A stretch of 64,000 nt of DNA from Chlamydiota bacterium (lineage in GTDB: Bacteria; Chlamydiota; Chlamydiia; Chlamydiales; RGXB01), in contig CANLTW010000004.1 of the NCBI GenBank assembly GCA_947494155.1, forward strand, positions 18,273 through 82,272. The letters run 5' to 3'. The notes under the pieces were generated by a model, which was not told the origin of the DNA, did not search any database, and worked only from the letters and a program-made list of their open reading frames with translations. This document shows, in pieces, positions 48,355 to 57,703 of this stretch. Every line of letters starts with the position of its first letter. Positions within the stretch are counted from its first letter, which is position 1. A program made the position numbers and the translations under genes.

Positions 48355-49665
48355 TTACACCTGTGAAAAAGATTTAGATAGGCTTTCAAGTTGTTCTAAA
48401 TGGTGCTGAAAAAGGCGATCCTCGTCGAGGCTTAAAATTTCACATACCGAACGGTGAAACCCAAAATCCTCACAAAAGATGGCCCTAAGTTCAGGATGAT
48501 ACTTCATCACAAATAAAAACTCCCCAAAAGGGATTTCCATTAGCGCGCTTTTGAGATCTGGTGAACCCGCTATTTTTTGCAGCCCTTTTTGCGATAAAAA
48601 CCATTCATGTTTTAGCTCTTCAATATCGGTTTTTTTATAAGATCTGTGAGCCTCTTTTATCCAAAAAACGAGGTGGCGTTTCAGAGTTTCGATCGTATCT
48701 AGTTGGATGAGCTTAAGTGGTTGTCTAGCACTGATCAGAAGGTTATGTTGCAAGATATGGTGGGGAATTAGATAGTGTGGCACCTGGCTTAAATCTTGAA
48801 AATTGGGGTGCGGTGCAGCAGGGGATAGGGCCATTTCCCCTTTTTGGAACAGAATATCATGAACAATTTTTTGTTGGATTTCCTCAGAGGAAAAGGGGAA
48901 TGCAAACAGCGCTTTCTCAGTTTCACTTGCAAAAATCTCGGGGGGAAAAAAGTCTAAAACAGTGGTATCCCTATTTTTACAAAGGCGTAAAAAAGGTCTC
49001 ACCAAAAGATCTATGGAAAAAAAGCTTTTTTGCGCTCGAGGGTGGACAAGGGGAAAATAGTCCCTTAATGCCTTGACGAGATCTGATTTCGTGGAAAACC
49101 CCTCGTCATATTTCTGGAACAAAAGAATCAACGGAGTAAGGCTCTCTTTTGCAAAAAGGTACCAAAACCCCTTGCAATTAGTGTAAAAATAGAGTTTTTC
49201 CAAATCGCTTTTTTGGGAGATGAATTGGGCGATAGCCAACCTGTCGAGGTAGTGGCGGAACCTAAAGGGGTTTTCCAGAAAACTCCGATGAAAACACCCA
49301 TCAAAATTGCATACTGAATTTTCACAATTCCAATTGGGAAACAGATCGAGGAATACAAAAACGGTCCAGGGTTTGTTCCAGAAAAGACTCTCAATACCCA
49401 GCACCATCTGTTCGTGGTCAAAGCAAATTTCCAAACCTTGGGATTTTACGTAGAAAAAAAACGGTTTGTAATGGAGGCTTAAAAATTCTTGCACCTCTTG
49501 AGTGCTTAGGTGCGGGAGTTTTTCGATAAAATTTTCGTGGGTAAGAATCTTTTTATCGATCACAGACGGGGAATGGGGGCTTGCGGTCGACGTAGTTGAG
49601 CTATCATCATCAAAAGTTTCTAGGTAAAGAGGGGAATCACAGGAAATAGGTTGAAGCGCATGCAT
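48355..49665 (-). CDS. Hypothetical protein, possible secreted effector
   Basis: 436-aa ORF with a Ser/Thr/Pro-rich N-terminus (DDDSSTTSTASPHSPS) and a helical Phe/Leu-rich body. Confidence 0.7.
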   Translation of the reverse strand: MHALQPISCDSPLYLETFDDDSSTTSTASPHSPSVIDKKILTHENFIEKLPHLSTQEVQEFLSLHYKPFFFYVKSQGLEICFDHEQMVLGIESLFWNKPWTVFVFLDLFPNWNCENSVCNFDGCFHRSFLENPFRFRHYLDRLAIAQFISQKSDLEKLYFYTNCKGFWYLFAKESLTPLILLFQKYDEGFSTKSDLVKALRDYFPLVHPRAQKSFFSIDLLVRPFLRLCKNRDTTVLDFFPPEIFASETEKALFAFPFSSEEIQQKIVHDILFQKGEMALSPAAPHPNFQDLSQVPHYLIPHHILQHNLLISARQPLKLIQLDTIETLKRHLVFWIKEAHRSYKKTDIEELKHEWFLSQKGLQKIAGSPDLKSALMEIPFGEFLFVMKYHPELRAIFCEDFGFHRSVCEILSLDEDRLFQHHLEQLESLSKSFSQV

Positions 49666-49868
49666 AGTATACCGTCCAAAAAATTCAACGTAAAAAAACT
49701 TTTCAAGGGTTTAATAACATCTTGGCTCCCTTGTAGAGAGTTTTTTTAAGATTTTTTCTTGGCTTAAGATCTTCTGCAAAAGTGGTTTAAAAAGCAATAA
49801 AAACACTTTAAACAATCTTAAAAAAGGGGGAGAGTGAAAAAGCCCCGCTTTTAAACGGGGCCATTTTT

Positions 49869-51071
49869 TTAATCGTTAAAAGCGCTAATCTTTTTAGCGT
49901 ACCAAAGCGTTGGTTCCTCTTCCACAAATCGGGCTACCAGATCCGGGACGGTATTGCGCACCTCGACAGAAGTTTGGGGGAAATGGCTTTTTAAAATCTC
50001 CTCCATCGAAGCCCCCTCGGCGTCAAGACGTGTGGCGTTATAGAGACAAAGACCGACTCCAAGCCCTTTACCCCAACCCTGCACTTTGAGAGAGTGGGGG
50101 GTAACATCTATTTTGAAATGGTTGCTTGGCAAAAGAGTCTTCAAGTCGGTGATCGGAACATCAACATGTTTTGTCCTATCAAAGAAACGGACTGCGTAGA
50201 CTTTTTCCGAATCGCTATCGATGAAAAGGTCGACTTTTTTTATCGATGAGAGGCCAAAGCGCTCTGTGATCTCCTCGATGGGGATCTCTTTTGTCCATCT
50301 AGTCTCCTCTTTATTTTGCAGCGCAAGGGGTGCGTAAGCGCCACATGGCCCCTCGAAATTTTGTCGGAATATCGATTTATAGCTTGCTGTCTGCCCAGCC
50401 GAATGTTCTGTCCAGGAGGTGGGGAAAGGTCTATTGTGAAACAAAAGAATTTTGTGTTTAGTGGCGTCGACAGCTCGATCGATCATAGGATAAAGCCCTC
50501 TTAAGGAGGCCCCCTGATACCCCGCTTTTTTCCCATCCAGATGGAAGAAACCCTGCCGATTGCGCATAAGTGTATGGTAGATGTCAGTGCGCACTACGAC
50601 ACAAACCGCCTCCAAAACGGCCCTGTTAAGCGGTTTATCACAAAAATGGTGGGTCATGTAAGAGCGGACATAGTCCTCCACTTCCACTTCGTTGATGATG
50701 TGCAGAAGATTGTCTGCTGAAATCACCTCCACGTTGCCAAAATACTCCACCCCATCAATCAATACGGGATCATTTTGTGTGGGTATCACTTTGATTTGGT
50801 GCACTCCCCAAAAAGATTCGATCCATTTGATCCCATCTTTAATTTGTAAGGTCCCTTTTTTGGGGAAATAGGATTTGATTTGACGACGCCCATTTTTTAG
50901 ATCCACAACCTCGAATTCCCCTTTTACATCAAGAAAAAAGGCCGGAACACGCCCCTTGACCAGGACTTTAACTTGTACTCTGGGATCATTTTGGGGAAGG
51001 GTTTTCTCCTCTTTGGGTGTTTCGGACCCAAAAAAGCTCCCCAACCACAAAAATAGACTCATCGTCAACAT
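49869..51071 (-). CDS. SpoIID/LytB-domain protein
   Basis: YFGNVEV...IINEVEVEDYV, LEAVCVVVRT, AVDATK, GWGKGLGVGLC...EILKSHFP; translationally coupled to ruvB as in Chlamydia. Confidence 0.8.
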   Translation of the reverse strand: MLTMSLFLWLGSFFGSETPKEEKTLPQNDPRVQVKVLVKGRVPAFFLDVKGEFEVVDLKNGRRQIKSYFPKKGTLQIKDGIKWIESFWGVHQIKVIPTQNDPVLIDGVEYFGNVEVISADNLLHIINEVEVEDYVRSYMTHHFCDKPLNRAVLEAVCVVVRTDIYHTLMRNRQGFFHLDGKKAGYQGASLRGLYPMIDRAVDATKHKILLFHNRPFPTSWTEHSAGQTASYKSIFRQNFEGPCGAYAPLALQNKEETRWTKEIPIEEITERFGLSSIKKVDLFIDSDSEKVYAVRFFDRTKHVDVPITDLKTLLPSNHFKIDVTPHSLKVQGWGKGLGVGLCLYNATRLDAEGASMEEILKSHFPQTSVEVRNTVPDLVARFVEEEPTLWYAKKISAFND

Positions 51072-52075
51072 ATTTTTGATTCCTCATTTTTGCAAATTTT
51101 AATGTACTCGAGTCCCTTAGGGGTGAGCTCACGCCCTTTCGAGGTCCGCTTTAAAAGCCCTAAAGTGATCAGGTGTGGCTCTAAAACCTCTTCTATTGTT
51201 GTGATATCTTCCCCTAGGGAGGCGGCCAGGTTGGAAATCCCCACAGGCCCCCCCTTATGTTGGGTGTAAATAATCTCTAAAAGCCGGCGATCAAAGGGGT
51301 CAAGGCCCAGCGCATCCAACCCCAGTTTTTTCATCCCCTCTTTGACCCCCTGTTCGTTCCAAATACCCTTATTTCGCACTGTGATGTAATCTCTCAACCA
51401 GCGTAAAATATTTCCGGCTAGTCTCGGAGTTCCCCTTGAACGCTCTGCAATCAGTTTCGCAAGTTTTACCTCAAGCTCAATACCTATTTTCCGCGCTGTA
51501 AAACAGATCACTTGAGACAAATCTTCTAGGTTGTAGAGCTCTAGCCTGGTGATAAGCTGGAAACGGGAGCGTAAAGGACCGGTTAGATCTCCAAAACGTG
51601 TCGTGGCTCCAACAAGTGTGAATTTGGGTAGCTGAAGCCGCACACTCCTTGCGGAAGGGCCTGTGTCAATCATTAAATCTAAAGAGAAATCCTCAATAGC
51701 TGGATAAAGATATTCCTCCACCGGTTTGGAGAGTCGATGGATTTCATCGATGAATAGAATGTCTTTTTCTTTCAAATTGGTGAGAAGTCCCGCCAAATCT
51801 TTAGCTTTTTCTAGAAGAGGGCCAGATGTAATCAGTATGTCTACCCCCATCTCTTCCTTGATGATATGCGCTAATGATGTTTTTCCTACCCCGGGTGGAC
51901 CGTAAAAAAGAACATGACCCAACGGATCTTGTCGCTGTTTAGCTGCCGAAATGAAAATCTTTAGTCGCTCGACGACCTCTTTATTTCCGACAAACTCATC
52001 TAAACTCTGAGGTCTTAGTGCGTGGTCTATTTTTTGGATTTCATTTTTTGGCTCAAATGTAGGGGTGCTGTCCAT
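51065..52075 (-). CDS. ruvB: Holliday junction branch migration helicase RuvB
   Basis: LRPQSLDEFVG, GPPGVGKT, FIDEIHRL, GATTR, RGTPR. Confidence 0.98.
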   Translation of the reverse strand: MDSTPTFEPKNEIQKIDHALRPQSLDEFVGNKEVVERLKIFISAAKQRQDPLGHVLFYGPPGVGKTSLAHIIKEEMGVDILITSGPLLEKAKDLAGLLTNLKEKDILFIDEIHRLSKPVEEYLYPAIEDFSLDLMIDTGPSARSVRLQLPKFTLVGATTRFGDLTGPLRSRFQLITRLELYNLEDLSQVICFTARKIGIELEVKLAKLIAERSRGTPRLAGNILRWLRDYITVRNKGIWNEQGVKEGMKKLGLDALGLDPFDRRLLEIIYTQHKGGPVGISNLAASLGEDITTIEEVLEPHLITLGLLKRTSKGRELTPKGLEYIKICKNEESKIC

Positions 52076-52156
52076 AAATTAAAGCTGTATAACACACTTT
52101 TCAATTTGTAATCTATCGGGATTTTATCAAACGTGCCCCCTGTTGAGACTTGTATG

Positions 52157-52339
52157 TTATTGGAACTGATCTACAACTCGTACCCTATCAGCATCAATTT
52201 GTCTGCATTGCTTTTGCATCCAATAGAGAAAATAGATCAAACACCCCCCTGCCACCAAAGCGATCTTTGTAAAATTTTCGTCACTGATCATGAAAGAAAA
52301 ATCTGTCTTATTAGGGGATTCTTTTGGGGATAAAATCAT
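52157..52339 (-). CDS. Possible small single-TM protein
   Basis: 60-aa ORF with hydrophobic IALVAGGCLIYFLYW; weak support. Confidence 0.3.
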   Translation of the reverse strand: MILSPKESPNKTDFSFMISDENFTKIALVAGGCLIYFLYWMQKQCRQIDADRVRVVDQFQ

Positions 52340-52509
52340 AGATAAAAAAACTCTGCAGATTGTCCGAAAAAAAGGGTTTTTACGGAGTGATTGTGATAAA
52401 ATTGGCTTATAAAGAGATTAAAAAGCAAATCTATTTTAAGATCATTTCCACAAATGACAGGATCTCAAGATAGACGAAAATTTGCTTAAGCCTGTAGAGT
52501 AGGCTTATT

Positions 52510-53082
52510 ATGGGAATACTTTCAGACAAAGAGATCATAGAACGGGTAGAGTCCCAGGATATGATAGAGCCTTTCTATCCGCATCTGGTGCGCCATGATG
52601 CAAGCGGAAACAAGATTATCAGTTATGGACTTTCAAGCTACGGATATGACCTTAGAGTCGATCGGAAATTCAAGGTGTTTACCAATGTCTTTTGTTCGCA
52701 TGTCGACCCAAAAGGGTTCAAAGAAAAAGAGTTTGTAGATATCGAAGAGGATGTTTGTATCATTCCACCTAACTCTTTTGCTCTGGCTGTATCGGTAGAA
52801 TATTTTCGTATTCCACGGGATATATTAACCCTTTGTATAGGCAAATCGACCTATGCGAGATGCGGTATCATTGTAAATGTGACCCCTTTTGAACCCGAAT
52901 GGGAGGGTCACGTCACTTTGGAAATTTCCAACACCACCCCTTTACCGGCCAAGATCTATGCCGGGGAGGGTTTAGCGCAGGTACTGTTTCTCAAAGCAGA
53001 TACCCCATGCATGACCTCGTATGCTGATCGGGGGGGGAAGTATATGGGCCAACAGCGCCAAATCGTGTTGCCGCGCTTGTAA
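52510..53082 (+). CDS. dcd: dCTP deaminase
   Basis: [29 protein letters not shown]. Confidence 0.97.
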   Translation: MGILSDKEIIERVESQDMIEPFYPHLVRHDASGNKIISYGLSSYGYDLRVDRKFKVFTNVFCSHVDPKGFKEKEFVDIEEDVCIIPPNSFALAVSVEYFRIPRDILTLCIGKSTYARCGIIVNVTPFEPEWEGHVTLEISNTTPLPAKIYAGEGLAQVLFLKADTPCMTSYADRGGKYMGQQRQIVLPRL

Positions 53083-53117
53083 ATCTTTTTAAAAAATGTG
53101 TGTGCCTAGACACCTCT

Positions 53118-53145
53118 AAGCCGGTGATTAAGCACACCGGTTTTT
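53118..53145 (+). terminator. Terminator after dcd
   Basis: ccggtg / caccgg stem followed by a T-tract. Confidence 0.65.
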
Positions 53146-53246
53146 TCCTCTCACAACTCTGTCGTTTACTTTTTTTCCCACTTTTTTTTAAACTCTAGAC
53201 CCTCAAAAGAAAAATCCCCTTTAAGTTGTATACCCACTTGTAGCCT

Positions 53247-55562
53247 ATGTCTCCCATTGATAGATTTTCCGAAATTCCCTCAACTTCGGTACATGATTCA
53301 AAAAAAGAGGTATCCCGAACTCCTACAACTGCCGAAAGCGCAACGTCCTCTATTGCCAGTTGCATTTTAGAGCAAAGACCCCCTTTAGGGGTGTGCCCCT
53401 CTCTAAGAAGTTGGTTTGTTGGAGATACTAGGGGATCCACAATCAAACCCGAACCGAATAAGAAAGAATTTCTAGAGACCCTTTTATTCGGGGATTTACT
53501 TTCTTTGGAAAAGCTCCTTATTACAAAACAAATTTCCCCGCAGCTGATCCAAATCGGCCTCAAAATGGCTTTTAAAGATCGAAAAGTAGGGCAGTTTTAT
53601 CTACTTGAGCAGTATTTCGAGGGGGATGTTGCCCTCTTTGAAGAGCTGTTCTATCTTGAGCTGTCGAGGGGGGGGACAGAATTTCTTTCCGCATTGGTGG
53701 CTAAATTTCCTTTAACCCAGGAGGTGCTGCACCGGGGTTTTGACATTGCAGTTCTTCATAGGAGCAGCTCCTCTATACAGTTTTTAAGCGAATGTGAAAT
53801 TGATAGACAAAAGATTCTGGAGCATCTTCTCCGAGCGGTAGACGCCAACGACTTTTTTTTGGGGGTTTTGCTTTATAGTTTGGATATAGATGAGTCGATT
53901 TCCAGGGAGGCGTTCTTAAGAGCTTGCCGGCAAGAAAATGTGGAGTTTGTAAAACAATTCTATTCTCAAGGGGTGAATTCGGTTTTTATGGGTGAGGCCT
54001 TTTTGGAAATGCTATCCGATAAAAAACTCACCCTTATGTTTCTTTTATTACGGCTGGGAGTGGAAACCTCCTATCTCGATTTAGGATTGGAGCTTTTGGC
54101 CGTGGATGCCGATGAGGCCCTATTTTTCTCTTTGATGGAGTATAACCCCTCCAGAGCTGGCCTTGTGGAGGCTTTCTTTTGTATTGTCTCGATGGGTGAA
54201 GAGGAGTTTGCTTTCAGATTGATGGAGCGGATGCAGTTTACCCAGCTCGAGCTAGTTCATGCGATGAGGCTTGCGCATTCTCATGGGCATATGGATTTGA
54301 GCGCCTCTTTGCAAGGAGCTATAGAATCATTGGGCGAGTTGGGTTTAAATGGAGAGCCGGGGATCAGTGTTCTTTGGACGGTGGATATATCCGAAGTTAA
54401 AACAGATCCTGAACGGTTTTTGGTAACATGGGTAGCCGCAAATTTCAAACCGGTCTTTTTTAGATTTTTAGGTGAGGACGGAATAGGGGAGGGTCTTACA
54501 AAGCAGTTTTATGCACAGCTTTGCGAGGCGCTTTTTAATAAGTTGTTCGATGGGGAGGGTTTGCCCCAAAAAGGGGAGTTAGCAACTGAGATATTTCGCT
54601 ATTTTGCCCTACTATTGTCGTGGATGTGGGAAAATAATTTAAAAATGGGTCTTGAGCTAAGCTTTAAATGGGTCAAAGTATTGCAGCTGATCCAGTCCAG
54701 CAATAGATTTATCTGCGCCTGTTTTCCGCAAATTTACCGAAATCTTTTCGATACCTCGAGACTTGAGCGTAATCTCCTCTATCAATTTACCCAAAATCCC
54801 ACCCCTCGCAATAGGGATCTCCTTTTAGAGACCTTTCAAAAGGAGAATTCTTTTTTAGATTTTGAGAGCAAGGGGCTAATTGAACAAAAAAAACTCGTAG
54901 AGGAGTTTTTAGTGGAAAAATTTGGGAATCGTATTTTAATCGATTTTCTCGAACAGTCTCAAGAAGGGAGGGAAAAAACAGAGGATCTAAAAAGGCTCGC
55001 TCAAGAGACTATCTCAAGATTTTATGGGGAGTCCTACGATGAAACAGAGGAAATTTTAGAGTTTTGCCAAGAGATCCGAAAAGAATTTTGGGAAAGATCC
55101 TTGCGGATTTTCAAGTTGTCTAAAAGGTTTTTAAGCGGATGTTCACCCGCTCTTTTACAGGGTATTCGCACCTCCAATCTACAAAGGCTCACGGGAGAAC
55201 CCTTAGGGGAGTTGGATAAACTCACCTTCTCGTATCACGGATCTGACGAGGGGATCCTGGCCAAAATCGCTTTTTTAAAAGAGCATATCAAACACAAGTG
55301 TGACACTCAAGATCACGCTTGGCTTAGAAATTTCCTTTTTTTTGTGGGGGGATCGGGGAGTTATACGTTTGATAAAGCGTGTGGTGTTGTAGCGCTCAAA
55401 GAGGAGTGTTATCCCCAGGCTCAAACCTGCTTTTTTCTCCTTAAGCTGGCATCAGGGTATGATGAACACCCCGCGCATTTACCGAGTTGGAAAGAGAGAT
55501 TTATATACAAATTAGAAGAGGCCATGAAAATTCAAGGTTACCAACTCGAGGAGCTGACCTAA
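53247..55562 (+). CDS. Ankyrin-like repeat + eukaryotic-type HECT E3 ubiquitin ligase, putative effector
   Basis: Ser/Thr-rich N-terminus, ~29-30 aa helical repeats, FRFLGEDGIGEGLTKQFY (HECT N-lobe start), FLFFVGGS, YPQAQTCF with Cys728, KLEEAMKIQGY. Confidence 0.75.
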   Translation: MSPIDRFSEIPSTSVHDSKKEVSRTPTTAESATSSIASCILEQRPPLGVCPSLRSWFVGDTRGSTIKPEPNKKEFLETLLFGDLLSLEKLLITKQISPQLIQIGLKMAFKDRKVGQFYLLEQYFEGDVALFEELFYLELSRGGTEFLSALVAKFPLTQEVLHRGFDIAVLHRSSSSIQFLSECEIDRQKILEHLLRAVDANDFFLGVLLYSLDIDESISREAFLRACRQENVEFVKQFYSQGVNSVFMGEAFLEMLSDKKLTLMFLLLRLGVETSYLDLGLELLAVDADEALFFSLMEYNPSRAGLVEAFFCIVSMGEEEFAFRLMERMQFTQLELVHAMRLAHSHGHMDLSASLQGAIESLGELGLNGEPGISVLWTVDISEVKTDPERFLVTWVAANFKPVFFRFLGEDGIGEGLTKQFYAQLCEALFNKLFDGEGLPQKGELATEIFRYFALLLSWMWENNLKMGLELSFKWVKVLQLIQSSNRFICACFPQIYRNLFDTSRLERNLLYQFTQNPTPRNRDLLLETFQKENSFLDFESKGLIEQKKLVEEFLVEKFGNRILIDFLEQSQEGREKTEDLKRLAQETISRFYGESYDETEEILEFCQEIRKEFWERSLRIFKLSKRFLSGCSPALLQGIRTSNLQRLTGEPLGELDKLTFSYHGSDEGILAKIAFLKEHIKHKCDTQDHAWLRNFLFFVGGSGSYTFDKACGVVALKEECYPQAQTCFFLLKLASGYDEHPAHLPSWKERFIYKLEEAMKIQGYQLEELT

Positions 55563-55648
55563 AGAAAAGCCGGTTTAGATCTCCCCCTCCCTAGACCTGC
55601 CATTCTAAAAGGAGTTCTTAAACAAAAAAAGGGGCTTACTAGGATGCG

Positions 55649-55966
55649 CTATCCCTTTTTTTGCATATCTTGAAGCATTTGCATTGTAGTGGGCATTCCG
55701 CTTTGATTCGGTTTAGGGTTGGAAATAACCCTATTGTCGGTTTTTAAGGGTGTAACGAGTTCAAATACGGCCGCGATTCCAGCACAGCCTGATAAAACGA
55801 CCATAGGGGGAATAGAGAGTACAATCTCACAAACCCCTCGGGTTTTTTCTAGGGTTGTTTTATTAGAAGAGACCTTTTTGGCCGATTCTTGGGTAAAACT
55901 TCTCCAAAGGTCTTTCATTATATCCCAGCTTGATGGATCCTCGTTGGTGTTCAGGTTAGGTGTCAT
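55649..55966 (-). CDS. Small Inc-like membrane protein
   Basis: Central ~28-aa hydrophobic stretch (VCEIVLSIPPMVVLSGCAGIAAVFELV) with hydrophilic ends. Confidence 0.55.
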   Translation of the reverse strand: MTPNLNTNEDPSSWDIMKDLWRSFTQESAKKVSSNKTTLEKTRGVCEIVLSIPPMVVLSGCAGIAAVFELVTPLKTDNRVISNPKPNQSGMPTTMQMLQDMQKKG

Positions 55967-56117
55967 ACGTTAGACCTTAGTTTGAATTATAAAGGTATTA
56001 TACCAAATTTTTATATAAAAAAAAATATAAAAAAAACGGTCCAAAAAAGGGGTGAGTTGAATAAGATTGGGGATAACCCAGTCAAATGGAGTAAGTTAAA
56101 ATATTTTAAAGTAAAAA

Positions 56118-56146
56118 TTGTTATTTTAAACGTTTTTGGGTATAAT
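56118..56146 (+). promoter_or_regulatory. Sigma66/70-type promoter for the kinase gene
   Basis: TTGTTA-17 nt-TATAAT, then a GAGG SD before ATG 56175. Confidence 0.6.
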
Positions 56147-56174
56147 TTTCCTAAAAAATAGATAAAGAGGTACT

Positions 56175-57608
56175 ATGTTTGGATCGTTCACTGGCTTTTT
56201 TTCACCCACCAGTAGGGTTAATCACGATGATTCAAGCTCTTTAACGCCGCTACCTCCAAGCCCTTGCGAATCTAGAGAGACCCCTTTATCCTCTGCGGAT
56301 ACTCCGGGTCCAAGAAGTGCAACTCCCGCTTCTCCTGGTGTTTTAAGTACTCCAAGAAGCTTTTTTACTTTTTTCAGGCGAGAGGACTCAACGCTTGTCT
56401 GCCCCAAACCCCAGAAAATGCCAAGGATTGAAGATGTTGCAGGGATTATTGCCGATATCTTTCGTAAAGCGGGGAACATGCCTGAAGAGGGGATTGATCA
56501 AAATAGCCTAAAAAGAAAATCTAGACTGATAGTTAAAGAGGATGGATCTACTGAGCAAAGAGATTTTTACGTATATAAAAAGTCTCCTTTGGCACCCTCC
56601 TCCGAGGTATTTGCTTTTGTCGCAGTGGAGTTGAAGCCCGATGGATCGACTGAAAATTTTGTGTACTCAAAGCTAAAGGCTGCTACAAAACAGTGCAAAC
56701 CCGGTGCAAATGCAGAGGATTGCAAAATAAGATATGAAGCAGCTTTACCATTTTATCTGCGAGCATCAATTGCCGGCATAGGTCCTAAAACTCTGAAAAT
56801 TCAAAAAAACGAAGGTCAACCAAAACCCCACCAAACATTAGCGAAGTTAGCAAATCGGGGTGACTTCATCACTCTAGGCAACCTCAGGGCAAATCAAGAA
56901 ATTGATATTACTGACGAGAATGTCTTCAATTTCTGCAGTCAGCTATTGGAAAAGCTCATTCGTCTGCACGCCATGCGTATTTGTCATGGTGATCTAAAGC
57001 CAGATAACGTCCTCTTTCATCAAGAAAAAGATACATGGGAGGTCTTTATTTGCGATTACGGTTTTGCAAGAGATTTTAGCCATGCACCCTCCTCTATTGG
57101 GTCGATAGGCTATCAAGGAACTCCGGAGTATTTACCCCCCGAAATCAATTTTACCCAACTCGCCCCAGGAGTCGAAATTCAGATAAAAGACTATAGCCTT
57201 AATCGACAGGATGACGTCTTTAAAGCCGATTGTTACTCTCTAGGTATAACTCTTTTTGTAATGCTTTCTAACAACCTTTTCAAACAGAATTTCGATGCTT
57301 TTATAGTAAGGAGAATGAGAAAGCTTTGCGGTGAATGTTTATCAAAAGAACAACTCCAGCAGTTAGCTAGTATTCTAGAACTGCCTGCTTACGGTTTAAT
57401 CAAAGCTCCTTTTGCGAAAATTTTTTCTCTTGAACTTTCTCTTGATCAAGCGATCGCACTGCGCACCTTGTTTGTAGAGGCTTTTGTAGATCACAATCTG
57501 AAAAAAGATTTTCCCACGAAGGCAGAGGTGATCAAAGGGCTTATAAAACAGAATCCCCAAGAGCGCTGGAGCTTAGAGCAAGCTTTAGTGGAGTGGAATA
57601 AAGAATAA
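56175..57608 (+). CDS. Eukaryotic-like Ser/Thr kinase, putative effector
   Basis: HGDLKPDN, DYG, GTPEYLPPE, DCYSLG, subdomain XI Arg (PQERWS); Ser/Pro-rich N-terminus. Confidence 0.85.
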   Translation: MFGSFTGFFSPTSRVNHDDSSSLTPLPPSPCESRETPLSSADTPGPRSATPASPGVLSTPRSFFTFFRREDSTLVCPKPQKMPRIEDVAGIIADIFRKAGNMPEEGIDQNSLKRKSRLIVKEDGSTEQRDFYVYKKSPLAPSSEVFAFVAVELKPDGSTENFVYSKLKAATKQCKPGANAEDCKIRYEAALPFYLRASIAGIGPKTLKIQKNEGQPKPHQTLAKLANRGDFITLGNLRANQEIDITDENVFNFCSQLLEKLIRLHAMRICHGDLKPDNVLFHQEKDTWEVFICDYGFARDFSHAPSSIGSIGYQGTPEYLPPEINFTQLAPGVEIQIKDYSLNRQDDVFKADCYSLGITLFVMLSNNLFKQNFDAFIVRRMRKLCGECLSKEQLQQLASILELPAYGLIKAPFAKIFSLELSLDQAIALRTLFVEAFVDHNLKKDFPTKAEVIKGLIKQNPQERWSLEQALVEWNKE

Positions 57609-57703
57609 GGATTTTTTAGTAAAAAACTCCAAAATCCGATCTAGGAGATAGCAAGGGCAGTTTACATCGATTCCGTTGTTGCAATCTTTTTCCTAACTCA
57701 TTA

